Below the pieces are notes generated by a model. It made no database searches. It had not been told where the DNA came from and worked only from the letters and a program-made list of their open reading frames with translations. A DNA stretch of 59,975 bases, filler included, from Sphacelaria rigidula (lineage: Eukaryota), in the NCBI GenBank assembly GCA_964200075.2. It is 5 parts of 5 records of this genome, joined end to end, with 100 filler letters (N's around TTAATTAATTAA, not from the genome) between each part and the next. Parts side by side here need not be neighbours in the genome. Positions count along the whole stretch, not along the records: positions 1 to 11,916 come from CAXNAA020004340.1; 4 more parts are not named here. One strand, 5' to 3'. Each line of letters begins with the position of its first letter. Positions within the stretch are counted from its first letter, which is position 1. Positions 1-12,016 of the stretch are shown piece by piece. Made by a program: the position numbers and the translations under genes.

Positions 1-35
1 CCACCCCCGGGGGCCCCCCCCCCCCCCCCCCCTCC

Positions 36-114
36 AGGAACGGTGCTCCGTCTCGAAAGGGATGCGTGGTCAATGGTCACACGACTAAGGCAAGCAACAA
101 ATGAGTACGCCCCG
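36..114 (+). repeat. Copy of ~90-bp dispersed repeat (mini-MITE family A)
   Basis: AGGAACGGTGCTCCGTCTCGAAAGGGATGCGTGGTCAATGGTCA...GCAACAAATGAGTACGCCCCC is nearly the reverse complement of 10253-10340; diverged copies at 24033-24090, 24117-24175 and 31730-31800. Confidence 0.85.
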
Positions 115-1205
115 CCCCCTTCCCGCCTGAGCTAGAAAACGATGTCTGCAATCACAGGTGTGGGAGATCAACTCCGGTTACCATGCGTGCGTACATTTCT
201 TTCCCACATCACTCTTATTCATCGGGGTCGAGATGCCAGAGATCGAGCTTGTCGCGGATCGACTGCTGGAAAAACCATAACGGTGATATTGCGTGTGTCA
301 GGCTGGGCACCGCAGAACACACTGCATGCTATCACCGGGGGTCGTGCTCGCTGACAGACGGGGGTTGCTCAGCTATAGCACTGAGGTTACCGACGTTGAA
401 GGGTAGCACACCATTCTATTGTGAACGCCCGAAGGGTCAATCCGTCGCCTTCTTCACCTTCGGTCATGGGGGCAATCAGAGCCACCATCTTTCAGGCCCA
501 TTGTCCATACGGCAGTAGCACCGCCAAAAGGAGTGTAGGAAAGCATAAGTAAGATATCTACTCCGTACAGGCGGCGCCTCAAGTTCTGCAAGATATGATA
601 CACACATTAAAAAACCCACGACAAATGCATAGCATCGACGCATAAAACGCAGACCGAGCCGTGACGCTTTCAAGTACTGTACTGTACGGTGCAGAACAGC
701 ATAGGAGGGAGTACAGAGTACGACTAGCCTGATTCATCGGTGTGTCGGGCGCGCTTGCTGCACCCTGAGACAGACCATGGGTTGATTGAATGGCTGGTTG
801 GTTGATTGCCTTACTCTGACGGATGAGCCACGAATCCAGTCGTAACCACAAAATAACTTTCCTCGAAGTAAATTAGGGCCGAACACACACATACTTCCAT
901 ATATCACAACACGGATGGATTAATTACCGTTTTACCCGCCTACTCATTTTTCCAATTCTGAACGGGACCAACGTGGGCGAACGGCATCGCGACACAACGG
1001 ATGGGGCGGCACGTCCGAGAGTGTAACGCACAGCATGGCAGCCGCGTGGTGTGTATTTGTGTATGGACTCATTCGGAGACAAGGAAAAAACAAGTAACAC
1101 AAACGAGCATACGAGAAACGAGGCAACGCTACGGAAGGAAAATGAACATCATCTCTGACAGCGGCACAGAGAGGTCCACAAAAACATGGCGTGCCGAAAA
1201 CTCAC

Positions 1206-1273
1206 GTCCACTTGCTGACCGCGCCGCCGCCCCCTCCACCATACCCTCCGTCATCTCCGTAGTCATCCGACAT
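1206..1273 (-). CDS. Probable first coding exon of an unidentified gene (MSDDYGDDGGYGGGGGGAVSKW)
   Basis: ATG at 1273, open acidic/Gly-rich frame, strong donor AC|GTGAGT at 1205; downstream exons not resolved. Confidence 0.5.
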
Positions 1274-1582
1274 CGCAGCAGCAACCTTTTTTGTTACCAT
1301 GCCCGTCAACAAAAATGCAGTACGGAAACGTGGGGGCGCAGAAAGGATGAGCGCTGCGATGCGCTCGCTTTGAGGATACAGTTGAGTAGAGTTAGGTATC
1401 GTTACCGACTAAATTGTTCATTTGAAACGTCATATGGTGAATCGGAAAAAGTTGAACGATATGTTACATCGGCAGCTTGCCGTACCGGCTGCGAACGTGG
1501 GATTCACGTCGCAGGTCACTGTCCGACGAAAAATGACACGTATACCGATGTATCTGCTGCAGCACAGTACAGTACAGTGCAG

Positions 1583-1663
1583 GGTTGAGGATAATATCCA
1601 CAGGCTCGGTCAGGCTCACAGTGTGATGACTCATGGTCTGATGGACGGCAGCCTGCTGGCCGC
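1583..1663 (+). pseudogene. Isolated exon-like fragment resembling SNF2-family helicase motif VI
   Basis: CAG|...|GTGAGT bounded; reads VEDNIHRLGQAHSVMTHGLMDGSL, compare SNF2 consensus AEDRxHRIGQxxxVxIxxL; no other SNF2 exons seen; weak polypyrimidine tract. Confidence 0.3.
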
Positions 1664-3753
1664 GTGAGTTCTAAAAAAAGTTCAGGTGGCAAATTTGCCA
1701 CACCGCGACCGACCGCCGCTGTTGTTTTTGTCTACTTTCTTCAACTTGTGTTGATTGCTTGAACGGTCGTTTCAGCTCCTCGGCGCGAACATCTTTGGCC
1801 TGATTTTTAACGAAAGGTGAAATCAGCCACGCGATTTTTCCGTCTCCGGCGGCGCTATCAGCGAGGCCCCCTCATCAGTCAGGGGGGAGGGGGGGGGGGT
1901 CTCGGACTGCGCTGAATAAGCCGGGTTTTCGGTCAGATGTTGGGACGATATTTCGTTATCCTACCCATGCACAGCAGTGCGAGGGCGGGCGTGCATCCAA
2001 GAGACTGCTTCAATGATTTTCGCACTTCAACTTATCCCCCACGGACTCAGCAGGGATCATTGTCCACATGATAGACGTACTCTGTACCCGAGACAACAAA
2101 ACTGCAACACTCGCTGAAGAAATATGAAGAAAATATCTGCTTCCGAAAGAGATCTTCAAAGCTTTTTCAACTGAAATCGATCTTGCGACCTCGGCGCTGG
2201 AGAGGTTATGAACCCCTCTGTGACGCGAGGCGAAAAAAGGTTTTTACTACCTCCGCCGAAACATGAACTTGACTCTATTCGGAACGTTTTTTTCCCCATA
2301 TATATTTGCAGGTCCCTTACACGTCGACTGAAACAATACACAATGGGATATGAAAAATGCGAACCCTTAGCTCTGCAAGAATGGCTACAATGAACATGTC
2401 GTGGAGAGATGTCACAGATATAGGAACAGTGTGGGGGGCTTGGAGGCAAAAACGCTCTTTTTTTCGTGCCCGTACGCCGTTTAGTATAGACAGCACAGGA
2501 CAGCGGCCTCCGTTCATGTTACAAGTCACAGGTTGCAAAGTACGACCACTGGTGCAATGCACAGGAAGGTATCATGCTGGGCAAGGTTCAAAATAGAGCG
2601 TAATGCACCAACACCCCCGACAGCGGCAGTTTCCCGACTACTTTACACGATTTTTCCTGGCAATCAAGCACTGCACGGCAGCGTTCCTTCTCTGCATTCC
2701 GAAGTCCATTCATGTATCCTTGGGGCAGTGCCGGGCACAACAACGGCCTATTTACGAGGTTTTACGAAAGCTGCGGTCCCTAAAGTGGCAACATACTGTC
2801 CTCACTGCCGTACTGCCGTGGAGGAGAGTAATGGTTGCAGGCTGCGGTAAATGCCTTCAGTCTCAAGTCTCCACTCGAGGCATCGTACGTGCACCGCTCA
2901 ACACAACCGATTCCGCATACTATTTTTAGTACAGAACTGACTGTTGTTGATTGTAGGGAGAGCTGCACAGCACGCTAAAGTGCGGTGCAGTACATACAGT
3001 CCAGTCCAGTGCACTACAGTACAGTAGTACAGCTTGGCATGATATTGCAGCACTGGCAATGCGTACGGGGAGCCGAAAAAGGAATAAAGAATAGCGAAGG
3101 AGGACAGAATCAGTACGTCCAGCGTACGACGAGAAGCATTCGCTGAGCACATCTTCTATTCAAGCGAGCTTTCCAGACCACCGCCCACAAAGCACCACAA
3201 CAATCCACGGCCGTAGGAAGCCTCCAGCATATCAACAATGCAATAGTTTGCACTTTTCGCTCACCGTTCACGCAAGCAGGTCCTTATACACAGAGCACAG
3301 CACCGTGAGCGAGAGGCGACGAGAGAGAGAGAGAGATACGTCCCCAGATAGATGTCTCCAATGGGGGGGCGCGCGTGCCGTTATACCTCGGACGTATTGC
3401 CTGCTCTCAAACTGCGTTACGGTGTCGGAGGCATCTACGACAAATCGACATATCCCGCCGCATTTTCGGAGATCTCTCGATGCTTCTCTGTCGTTGATCG
3501 CCCGTCGCGGACAGGGACCGGGCGTCTGGGGTCGTACGGTCAGTGGTAGACTTTTGCTTTTTTAGGAGTGGTAAAAATTCGACAAGCGTGATACGAGTAG
3601 AAGAAAGATTTCTGTCCGTGCGTGCTGTGAAAACGTTGGTGCCACGCGCTTTTGAGAACTACAGTACATCCTTTTGTTCAACATCTGCATTCACCGACTC
3701 TACTGCCGTCTGTACCTTACTCAACTACAAGAATACACCCCACTGCGGAAGCC

Positions 3754-3892
3754 ATGAGCGCCAGGCGAGCTGCAGCTGCTACAACCAACAACAGTAGTAG
3801 CGTCAATAGAACTAAGCAATCATCTGACCAGCGGCAGTCACCATCTGCTGCAGCAATGGATTCTAGTGGGGACGTGCCCGCCAACTCTGGAG
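3754..3892 (+). CDS. Possible first coding exon, low-complexity Ser/Ala-rich N-terminus
   Basis: GCCATGA start context, open frame MSARRAAAATTNNSSSVNR...VPANSG, donor G|GTGAGC at 3893. Confidence 0.35.
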
Positions 3893-4789
3893 GTGAGCTC
3901 GAGTTGCATTACGTACGCGTTTCTGTTCTGCTTTGGCTTCATTCCACGCCTGCAGTACATACTCACGGGTACACTGCGGTGATGAATACAGTGAATAAAG
4001 AGCCCACGCGGACTTGTTGTCTCCAAAACTGCGTTACACCGCGAGGGTAGTTCATCCTCAGGCGGCGAGAGAAGGTCACCTGTCGAACTGTCATCAGTCT
4101 AACCTGAAAAAATATATGTCCTGTACGGTTAAGACGGACTACGATTGCCCTCGCGGTCTAAGGGTTACGGCGGTGTGTTAAGGGAACAAGAAAAAGTGGC
4201 AGTGAAATGATAAGAACGATAGTGAAATGACTAGAGCTGGGAAACAGTACTACTTATAACTGGTTATGATCATTACAATGGTAATAATGGTACAGTAATG
4301 TTTATATAAAAAAATTCGATAATGGTTTCAAATTATTATTTACCGTTATCGGCTCTATAAGCCGTTACCGGCTTCGTACGCGGCGTAGAGCACACAGCTA
4401 CAACAGACAGTGCACAACACGCAGCAGCAGTCCTAGGCTGCGGGACACACGCCTGCGCACTCAGGGACGCAGAGGACACGGCAGAGCGCAAATCCCGCCC
4501 ACCATGGAGACCATCGGCGGTGTACTCGACTCAGAAAATCCCAGCAGCGACACCACAGATCACGCGGGTGCGAAAGAGTCTGGGCCGGCATCAGCACAGT
4601 CACCGTGGAGGACTCCCGCTCAGGAGAAGGTACACCGGCTCAAGACTTGGGACAAGATGAAGCCCACGGGGGGGACCGCTAGGCTATGGGTGGATTCCCG
4701 CTGTCGACTTCAGGCGGTGCACAGCACATCCATGGTGCTCTGCCACGTTGCCTGTCTCAAGCTCGCGGCAAGCTTTCACCAACGATGGC

Positions 4790-7420
4790 TCGTATTTCAG
4801 TTTTTTTTTTTTTCGATCGAAAATTAAAGAGATCCGAGAAGACGGGCCTATGCTTTTTCGATAAAAAATTGAAATGGGCTACTTTTTTTTCATCGAAATT
4901 CCAAGCCAAGTGCGTTGTGGTTTTGTCCTTGAAAATTGGCCCAAATTCAACGTATTTTTTAGATTGAGTAAAGCCAAATCGCGTAAAAATATGCCTCCGG
5001 CACGGCGCCTCCAGCAGCGTCCTCCGGGGGCACCTCCGGCGGGACCCCCTTTACCGCGGGGTGCTTTTTGGCTCGCAGCTGCGCCGCTCGATGACCAAAC
5101 CATTATGTACCATTTAACTGGTTTAATGGTTAGATAAACCATTCGCGAGATCTAGAAATGACGGTTCACAACATCATCACGAGTTGTAACGCACCGTTTC
5201 AATCTCGGACCAAATAGTCGTGATGCTGAAAATGCAGTGCAATGCTGGTGATCGGAATATAGCCAGCGTGGCTCCCGCTGGTGACGGAAAAGCCAGCTGG
5301 GCACTCCATGAAGAGCCCAACAGCCCAGTCGCAGCAACTCTTTCGAGGGTCGGACGAATTAATGATTCGTACGGTACGAATCAATCCTTACGCTTTGTTT
5401 TCAGCGTTGCAACCCAGTACGGGAAGCGCAGGCACGTGGAATAGCGCAAAAGTTGCGTGGAGATCTCTTTGACCAGCGGTCGATTTTTCTGTCTTTCGAT
5501 CAATAAGGCCTAAGAAATCGTGGATTTGTTTTTCGAACCGGCGATGATTCGTTCGAACCGTGAACTCTTCAACGTCCGTTTCGCATCCTCATTGGATTGT
5601 TCCTCCGCTTTCACTTGAAAAACACCGAAACTATTCATTTTCGCGAGGCCGTGTCTTCGGGCGTATCTTAGCACTTTTTTTCTCGATCGGAAAAGTGCGG
5701 TCGTTTTTTTTTTTTCCCGATCTAGAAGGTTCACCACATTCTGTTCCTAGAAGGCTTCGACTCATTTTTTGTTATTAGCGGCGCGCGAAGAAGAAGTAAA
5801 CACCAATAAAGCTAAGCTTTTTCGATCGAAACCATGCGGTCGACAAGAACGAAGCGGCAATCGACTCCTCTCTTACAGACCACCACGCCAGATATCACCA
5901 GTTCACAGAACCATGCAAACTCCACACAACTAATTCTCAGCTACCACCGCAACCCTGCAGCATAGAGCACGAGGGAGCACAGGGATAGATACACTGCTGT
6001 AGTTGGGTATGCTGTGTTTATTTTCTGTTGGCGAAAACTCGAGCATCTTCTTTCATGGTAGGGATCAGCGACGGAACTGCGTGGTAGGGTGGGCCACTGG
6101 CTTGCAAGGACGCTCATGAACAGTGCATGCAGTACAAAGCTGCACATTGTCCAGGTCCTTTTCCCGCCGCATTGTACGCAGAGAAAACATTTAGTTCTGC
6201 GCTGTCTATACTGCACGTTGCCCGCTTCTCTTTCACATCCTATTGTGCGAAGCACGTACACAGAGAGAGACACACACACTGCACACGAACAGTCCAGACA
6301 GTACAGACTGTACACAATTGACCAAGTACCGCTTACGAATTTCCCTGCCTCTTTTCGATCGAAAACTTGAAATTTCGCCTGGACCCAACTCGACAAAAAT
6401 GAGCGAATTTCGCTCATATCGATTCCACCGCCCCATTTTTTCGATCGGAAGAAAACTGTGCCAAGGCACGCCCTTATTAATACATTATTTTTTCCATAGA
6501 AAATGTGCGGTGGAAAAGTGAAACTTCGAAATGATGGGTCATTATTCCAACTATCGCAGGTTATTTTGAAGATGGCTGAAATCACGACCTATCAGATCGA
6601 AATTTTTATTTTCCACCGCACTTTTTCTATCGAAAAATGATGTGTGAAGACACAGCCTTTTAGCAAATCATTTTTCGATCGAAAAAGTGCGGTGAAAAAC
6701 AAACTTCTGATCTGATACGAGCCGGTCAGTTGATAGTGTTTTCTGTCGGTACTGGGTGACGCGGTTCCTAGTTTGAGGCGTCAGACGCTAAAATTTCGAG
6801 ACGATATTTTCGTCATCAACACGGGCAACATTTTTGGGGATGCCAAGAAAAAAACAGGTTAGAGCGGTTTTTAATTTCAGCAAAATTTTGTCACAACTCC
6901 ATGAAAAAAAACGGCGACGTCCCCTGCCATAAATTTTGTACTTGCGCGCAGAAAATCTTGGTGAAATTTCGACCAAAAACTCCAGAAATTGGGCCCAGGG
7001 TGGAACTGTTTGTGTGACACCGCTGCGCCCCTGTTATCCAAGTCATACAGGAAACTCCAGTTGTGGAGGTCACGAGTTCAAATCCCGACATATCCTCTTT
7101 TTTGTTTCAGAATCTATTTCCGTCGTTGAGGTAAAATATTATGCAGTACATTTATTTCCATTTTTTTAATAGCGGCAGAGAGTACATGATCAGGTTGGTC
7201 TGCAGTTCACAGCGATATGCTTAAATTGGGCTTATTCGGGAAACTGAAGAAGTTATTGTGTGCTAAGGGCTTTGGCGTTTCACGTCCGGTCCAACTCGTC
7301 GGTCGTGATGTCAACATAAGTGATTGTCGTTGAAATCACGACCTATTCAATCGGAATTTTCCTTTTACACCGCACATTTCGATCGAAAAAGTCATGTGCT
7401 GAGACACGCCCTGAGAGCGA
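4790..7420. mobile_element. Degenerate foldback / non-autonomous DNA transposon region with repeated CCGCACTTTTTCGATCGAAAAA motifs
   Basis: Many T-run TCGATCGA A-run palindromic motifs; clear hairpin 6590-6717; direct unit copies at ~6580-6660 and ~7332-7412; boundaries approximate. Confidence 0.55.
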
Positions 7421-7664
7421 TTTTCCGGGGCGATGAGAATGTTGCATCAGCTCTCAACCAATCGAAAGACAAGAAATAAAATCACGAAAACCGCCGAAAT
7501 ATTTCTTACCTTCACTGTGTCCTCACTTTTCTTGTCTCGTTAAAACGGGCCTGATGATGGCACCGAGTTCCCAGGTACGGGTCGTGATGACATACAATAA
7601 TCAAGCTGAATTCAGCTATTTTTTCGTTGTTTTCCATGATTCTTGCAGAATTTTTCTTTGCGAT

Positions 7665-8492
7665 TTTCGATGGATACATGTGCGCTACTCAAGCCCCATC
7701 TTCCGCAGAGAGCTCAACAAGATCGCGCTGTTTGGTTATTCGTTGTCCCGGCCTAGTCTAGGCTTCATTTCCCTTCGTTAGCTTGCTACAGTCCACAGGA
7801 CGGTAGCAGCAGGTGACTTGAAAAAAATGTGCTGTCAGCGTCGATAATAGTTCATAAGTACCTAAATCATGCAGCAAGCGCACTGTATACCTCCGAGAGG
7901 AAGCGGCGCTCTCGCACACGGGGTCGCACACCCAAGAGAGATTCATGATTGTGTTATTATTAACTGTCTGGTGTCCCGTGTGTACAGTAGAGTGCTTGAT
8001 TGTCTCCGCCATTGTACCTCAACAACTTTCTGTTGCGATACCTACTGTGTGTGTACTGCAAGATTCGCCAGCGCTGACCAGCCAGCGGGCACCGTGTTTT
8101 CCCTGTCTGTACCGCACCGATCAACACGAGCCATCCAAAACAGTACGGCAGCCAACAAAAGGGAGCCTGCAACAGTGATGCGGGTGCAGTCCTTTTCTCG
8201 GGGTATGTTCCGTTCGAGCAGCGTGAGATAACATACAGAAGCGATGATAGAGCTATCTTATGTCATGCCCCGTATCCAAAACCATGCAGGATGTGGCAGC
8301 AAGCTAACCACAAATGTAGACTTCAACGCCAACCCCGGCCACCGCAACCGTACCGCAGGCACGGCGACGCCCACACCAAACGTCGGGTACACTAACCCTT
8401 ATGCCAAGAGACGGGGAACCGCTTGAGAGGCCGTCATTGTGCTGGATATCATCCCGCCCCCACATGGTACTGTCCTGCGGCTGCGGGCCCCA
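7665..8492 (+). repeat. Unclassified interspersed repeat, diverged copy of 26085-27600
   Basis: Colinear blocks shared with 26085-27600, e.g. GTGCGCTACTxxAGCCxxATCTTCCGxAGAGAGCTCAACAA, GGAAGCGGCGC, GCCCCGTATCCAAA, GGATATCATCCCGCC, CTGCGGCTGCGGG. Confidence 0.75.
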
Positions 8493-8504
8493 CAGTATGC
8501 TGTT

Positions 8505-9400
8505 CATTTTGCCGCCTAGATAGACGAAATACTCAAGTTGCTTCTTCGTTTGGTCTGCCGCCTGGTGCTTGACCACATCAGCCTTCATCGTTGGGGAGCG
8601 CATGTGCATGGTGTTTCTTTTCCACCACGACCACACGCCGCACAGACTTCGACGATGACCGTCGTCGGCGTACAGCATGGCCCAAAGTACCCCGCCAAGC
8701 AGATCGTCCCTGTCTTCCCGCTCCCTAGCAGCGGTGCAGATGAAGTCCTTCGCCGCCGCTTTATCGATCGAGAAGCGGTCGAACGTCACCGTCAGTACCG
8801 CCGCAAAGAAAGATGCTGAACAAATCGGAGACAAATACACAGCCTTGGCGGCGGCACTGGTTAACGTCAAATCACCCAGAAGTCTCGGGAATGTCAGGGC
8901 GCACCGCACGCCCGCCCGCATGCTGTCGTGGAACGGGCGGATGATGGAATACGTGCACGTTTTTTGTTTTTGTTTTCGTCAGGCTGAAGCGAGCACCTGC
9001 ACACCTGCGGCAGGCTGACCTCGTCTCGGAAGAGATTGGTATCTTGTTCAAGAGGTCGACGGATGTGTCTTACTGTGCCGGCCGATGTGAGAGGTTGTTC
9101 AAGATGTTGGGGGGTCTGCGTCCCAGTACCCGTCTTTTTTAGTACCCGTCTTTGGAAGAGGGCGGACGATGCGCGTCGCAGTGCCGTGTGCCTTGTAACT
9201 GATGAACGCCCGCTTGCCTACCGAGACGTGGAGACTGTCTCCCGTCGCACCCTGGAGATGACGCCAGAAATTTCCCAGTAGCCCTACACGCTCGCAAACA
9301 TGAGCCGCAAGTGCTCGCACGCATAAAAACAATGTTGCCCACCTGCATTGCCAGATGTTGGAAGTTCGGCATTCTTACACTCCTCGCAGGACCACAGCGA
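8505..9400 (-). mobile_element. Degenerate RTE-like non-LTR retrotransposon (LINE), reverse transcriptase fragment
   Basis: Frameshifted motifs CERVGLL, IIRPFHDSMRAGVR, LSP..FFAAVLTV, LWAMLYADD (catalytic YADD), FVYLGG in the expected order. Confidence 0.85.
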
Positions 9401-9939
9401 TAAGTACAGTACCGTACTGCACACGGACACCACACGGCCAGTACGGTACTGCGCAGCAAATATGTACAGGCAGTCGGCGATTCTTTTCACAAGATTGTGA
9501 TCGCACTTCTCACAATCAGCCTAAAGTGGGGCCACTTCTACCGGGGATGTGAATCATAGGCGAATGTGAAGAATAAAAAAGCAGATGGCTTTGCATTGAT
9601 GCTGCTGCGGCTTCAAATTCCCGCCATTCTCGTCGTCCATGGTGGGCACACCCAGTAGTCAGTGAAAAAAGCAAGCGTTGTCCCAGGACAGTTCTGTCTG
9701 TTTTGCCTCTATCTTTTCGTCACACTCTCAGCCCCTCCCCTTCTTCAGGATGATCCCGTGGTCTCAAGGGATCAAGTCATCTCTTCCTCTATACACACCT
9801 TACAATTTAGTATCACGGGTCAGATAAGCAGTCCCGCACCGCGTCGACCCTCGTCAAACAGGCCCGTCCTTAGACTTTCAATACCGGGAATCATATACCT
9901 GACAGGAAAAAAATCAAGGCGGTGTTGTGTAGGGTTAAA

Positions 9940-10057
9940 AGACCCGGGTATTCACTCTCCCGAACCCTGTGTGGCGCAGGTCCGATATCCACACTCTACC
10001 CAAATATTGGGTAAAGTCAGATACAATCGCATTACTCTATCATCTCACTGTTGAGTA
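9940..10057 (+). repeat. Interspersed repeat shared with 19447-19571
   Basis: ACTCTCCCGAA...GGTCCGAT...ACTCTAxCCAAATATTGGGTA...TGTTGAGTAC in both copies. Confidence 0.7.
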
Positions 10058-10059
10058 CG

Positions 10060-10700
10060 CATCCTCGCACAGTATCCCCCACTCCGGGCGTCGCACCCTC
10101 TCCAGCGACGTCTCTTCATTAATTCGTTTTTTTTCGTCCTCATGCTTCGGCGGATCTTCGAGATGCACCGAGGGCTGCGATTATGATCGGGCCTGCCGCG
10201 AAACGCTGTAAGATTCCGTCAATCACTGCTGCGGAGTAAGACGGACGCTCAAGAGTAGGGGGCGTACTCATTTGTTGCTTGCCTTAGTCATTTGACCATT
10301 GACCACGCATCCCTTTCGAGACGGAGCACCGTTCCTACTCCTAATAGAGTGTGGGGAGAAGCGGAGACGGAACGAAGCTCTACATGAATCCCTGCCAGAC
10401 GTAGAGCCTCTGTGATAATTCGCCGTCATCCAGCTGTACCCGAGCTCGCAAACCATCGTGGAGCACTCGAATGACCTTGATCATCCGTGGTGGGACTCCG
10501 GAACGGGAAATCACTTTCCCAAAATAGCTCGCGCGATACGAAGTCGTACGCCTTCTGCAGGTCGATGGAGCACGTACTCCATGGGGAGTACCCGTATTTA
10601 TCACCCGTCCCAAGAGTTGCAGTCGGCAAATGGCGAAGCATAATGATTTCATTTACAATGTTTTGGTATGTCGTTGAGTACGCAAGACCAAGCTGTTGCT
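10060..10700 (-). mobile_element. Second degenerate RTE-like LINE RT fragment, interrupted by a family-A mini-MITE
   Basis: IDLQKAYD, GVPPRMIKVIRVLHDGLRARVQLDDG, [insertion 10253-10340], AAVIDGILQRFAA, ERVRRPEWGILCEDA (decayed WGMLYADDA). Confidence 0.85.
10253..10340 (-). mobile_element. 88-bp mini-MITE (family A) with GAGTAGG/CCTACTC termini
   Basis: 7-bp terminal inverted repeats; interrupts LINE RT coding sequence; four other copies in the window. Confidence 0.7.
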
Positions 10701-10957
10701 CTTCAGCGCCCGACGAAACCAAAAACAGGATAGTTCGTTTCATGATATGGTGCCTGCCCCCCCCTGCGGACGGTATCCCTGGCCGCTCATAACGAAATGT
10801 GAAAGTTCCGACGCGAGGCGAAACCTATCTCCAGTCCACTGATCAACATCCAGCTAATGTCCCGCAGTCGAGGGGGTGGGAATAGGGGGGGTCTTTTTTG
10901 AAAGCGGGTTTTTCATTCCTGGGTTGGTCGCCGGAAATACCCCGGTTTTTGTTGAAT

Positions 10958-11135
10958 TCACACGTCGGACAGGTCATGATCCGTCTGAAATAACAAATAA
11001 ACCAAGACTCTTGGATCTGATAGGTTCAAAAACACAAAATATGTGACCGCCAAGTCAGAGAAGCCAAAGCGCAACATTTGCGCTACTCGACGTGCTCGAC
11101 GTCCGGCGCTGCAGGTAGCAAACATCGAAAAAGGG
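10958..11135 (+). repeat. Interspersed repeat shared with 26990-27160
   Basis: GTCGGACAG..ATGATCCGTCTG...ATATGTGACCGC...AAGCCAAAGCGCAACxTTTGCGCTACT in both. Confidence 0.8.
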
Positions 11136-11279
11136 AGTGATGCTACGGTAGGGGTACACAAATATTTTCTGAGGTTAGAATTGTTAGGTGCCCTTTATCT
11201 CATCCAAAACACGACTCATGGAAATATGCGAGAGTACGCCAAGATTACTATTCCAATGTGCTGGGGATATCCCGAATGA

Positions 11280-11916
11280 ATCTGCAGACGGGGATGCCCT
11301 GACCCATATTCTTGGGCGTCTAGAATCGTGAGGAGCCCCTGAACCAGACAAAATGTCGCGAAAAAAGTGCACCCCTACCGCAGCATTGCTCACAACCAAC
11401 ACCGGACGCTGGGTCCCTGCTCCACCTCTACCTCATCCGTGCTCTCCCCCTTGAGGGACAGTACGTGGCCTACACAAATCGCCGACTCTGCGCAATTTGA
11501 TGTCACGCCGAGCGTCGACACTTGGAAGAGATGCGTCCTGCACGTCTTCTGGATGATCCTGCGGGAATGATTGATCGGGGGCAGCGGCGAAGGGTACGGG
11601 TGATCGCAAGAGTTGATGGGGCAGGCTGCAGCCGATAAATCGGGCGCTCCAGTACAGCTGGGCGAATTTCAACAACTTCAAATTAGAAACTGGCGCAAAC
11701 AGGACGTCCGTTTGTCCCGTGTGGGGATGATGCTTCCAAACGTATCCGTTTACTTGGCGCCACGCGAGGACGATACCGACACATTCAACACTAGGCGGGT
11801 ACTCACGATCGAAAAGACCTGGACTCATCATGCCGAGCAGGTGGGCACTCTCGACTCCGGCGACATCAGACACGACATCCTCCAAGGCCTTGTCGAGCTC
11901 GATCGTGTCTCCGTCT
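11280..11916 (-). mobile_element. Highly degenerate Ty1/copia RT C-terminus / RNase H remnant
   Basis: EYPPSVECVG (cf. YPYRECVG), TDVLFAxVSNL (cf. RPDIxFAVS), CAESAICVGHVLSL (cf. CxKEALFVxxVLSF), VGVHFFRDI (cf. IDVRxHFIRD) in copia order; cut by contig end. Confidence 0.45.
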
Positions 11917-12016
11917 NNNNNNNNNNNNNNNNNNNNNNNNNNNNNNNNNNNNNNNNNNNNTTAATTAATTAANNNNNNNNNNNNNNNNNNNNNNNNNNNN
12001 NNNNNNNNNNNNNNNN
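11917..12016. other. Artificial 100-nt contig spacer (N-TTAATTAATTAA-N)
   Basis: N runs flanking TTAATTAATTAA (stops in all six frames); the same spacer recurs every ~12,016 nt. Confidence 0.97.

Noticed and set aside
11961-11972. TTAATTAATTAA recurring at a fixed ~12-kb period, as a biological motif
   Set aside because: Always centred in a 100-nt N block; it is an assembly linker
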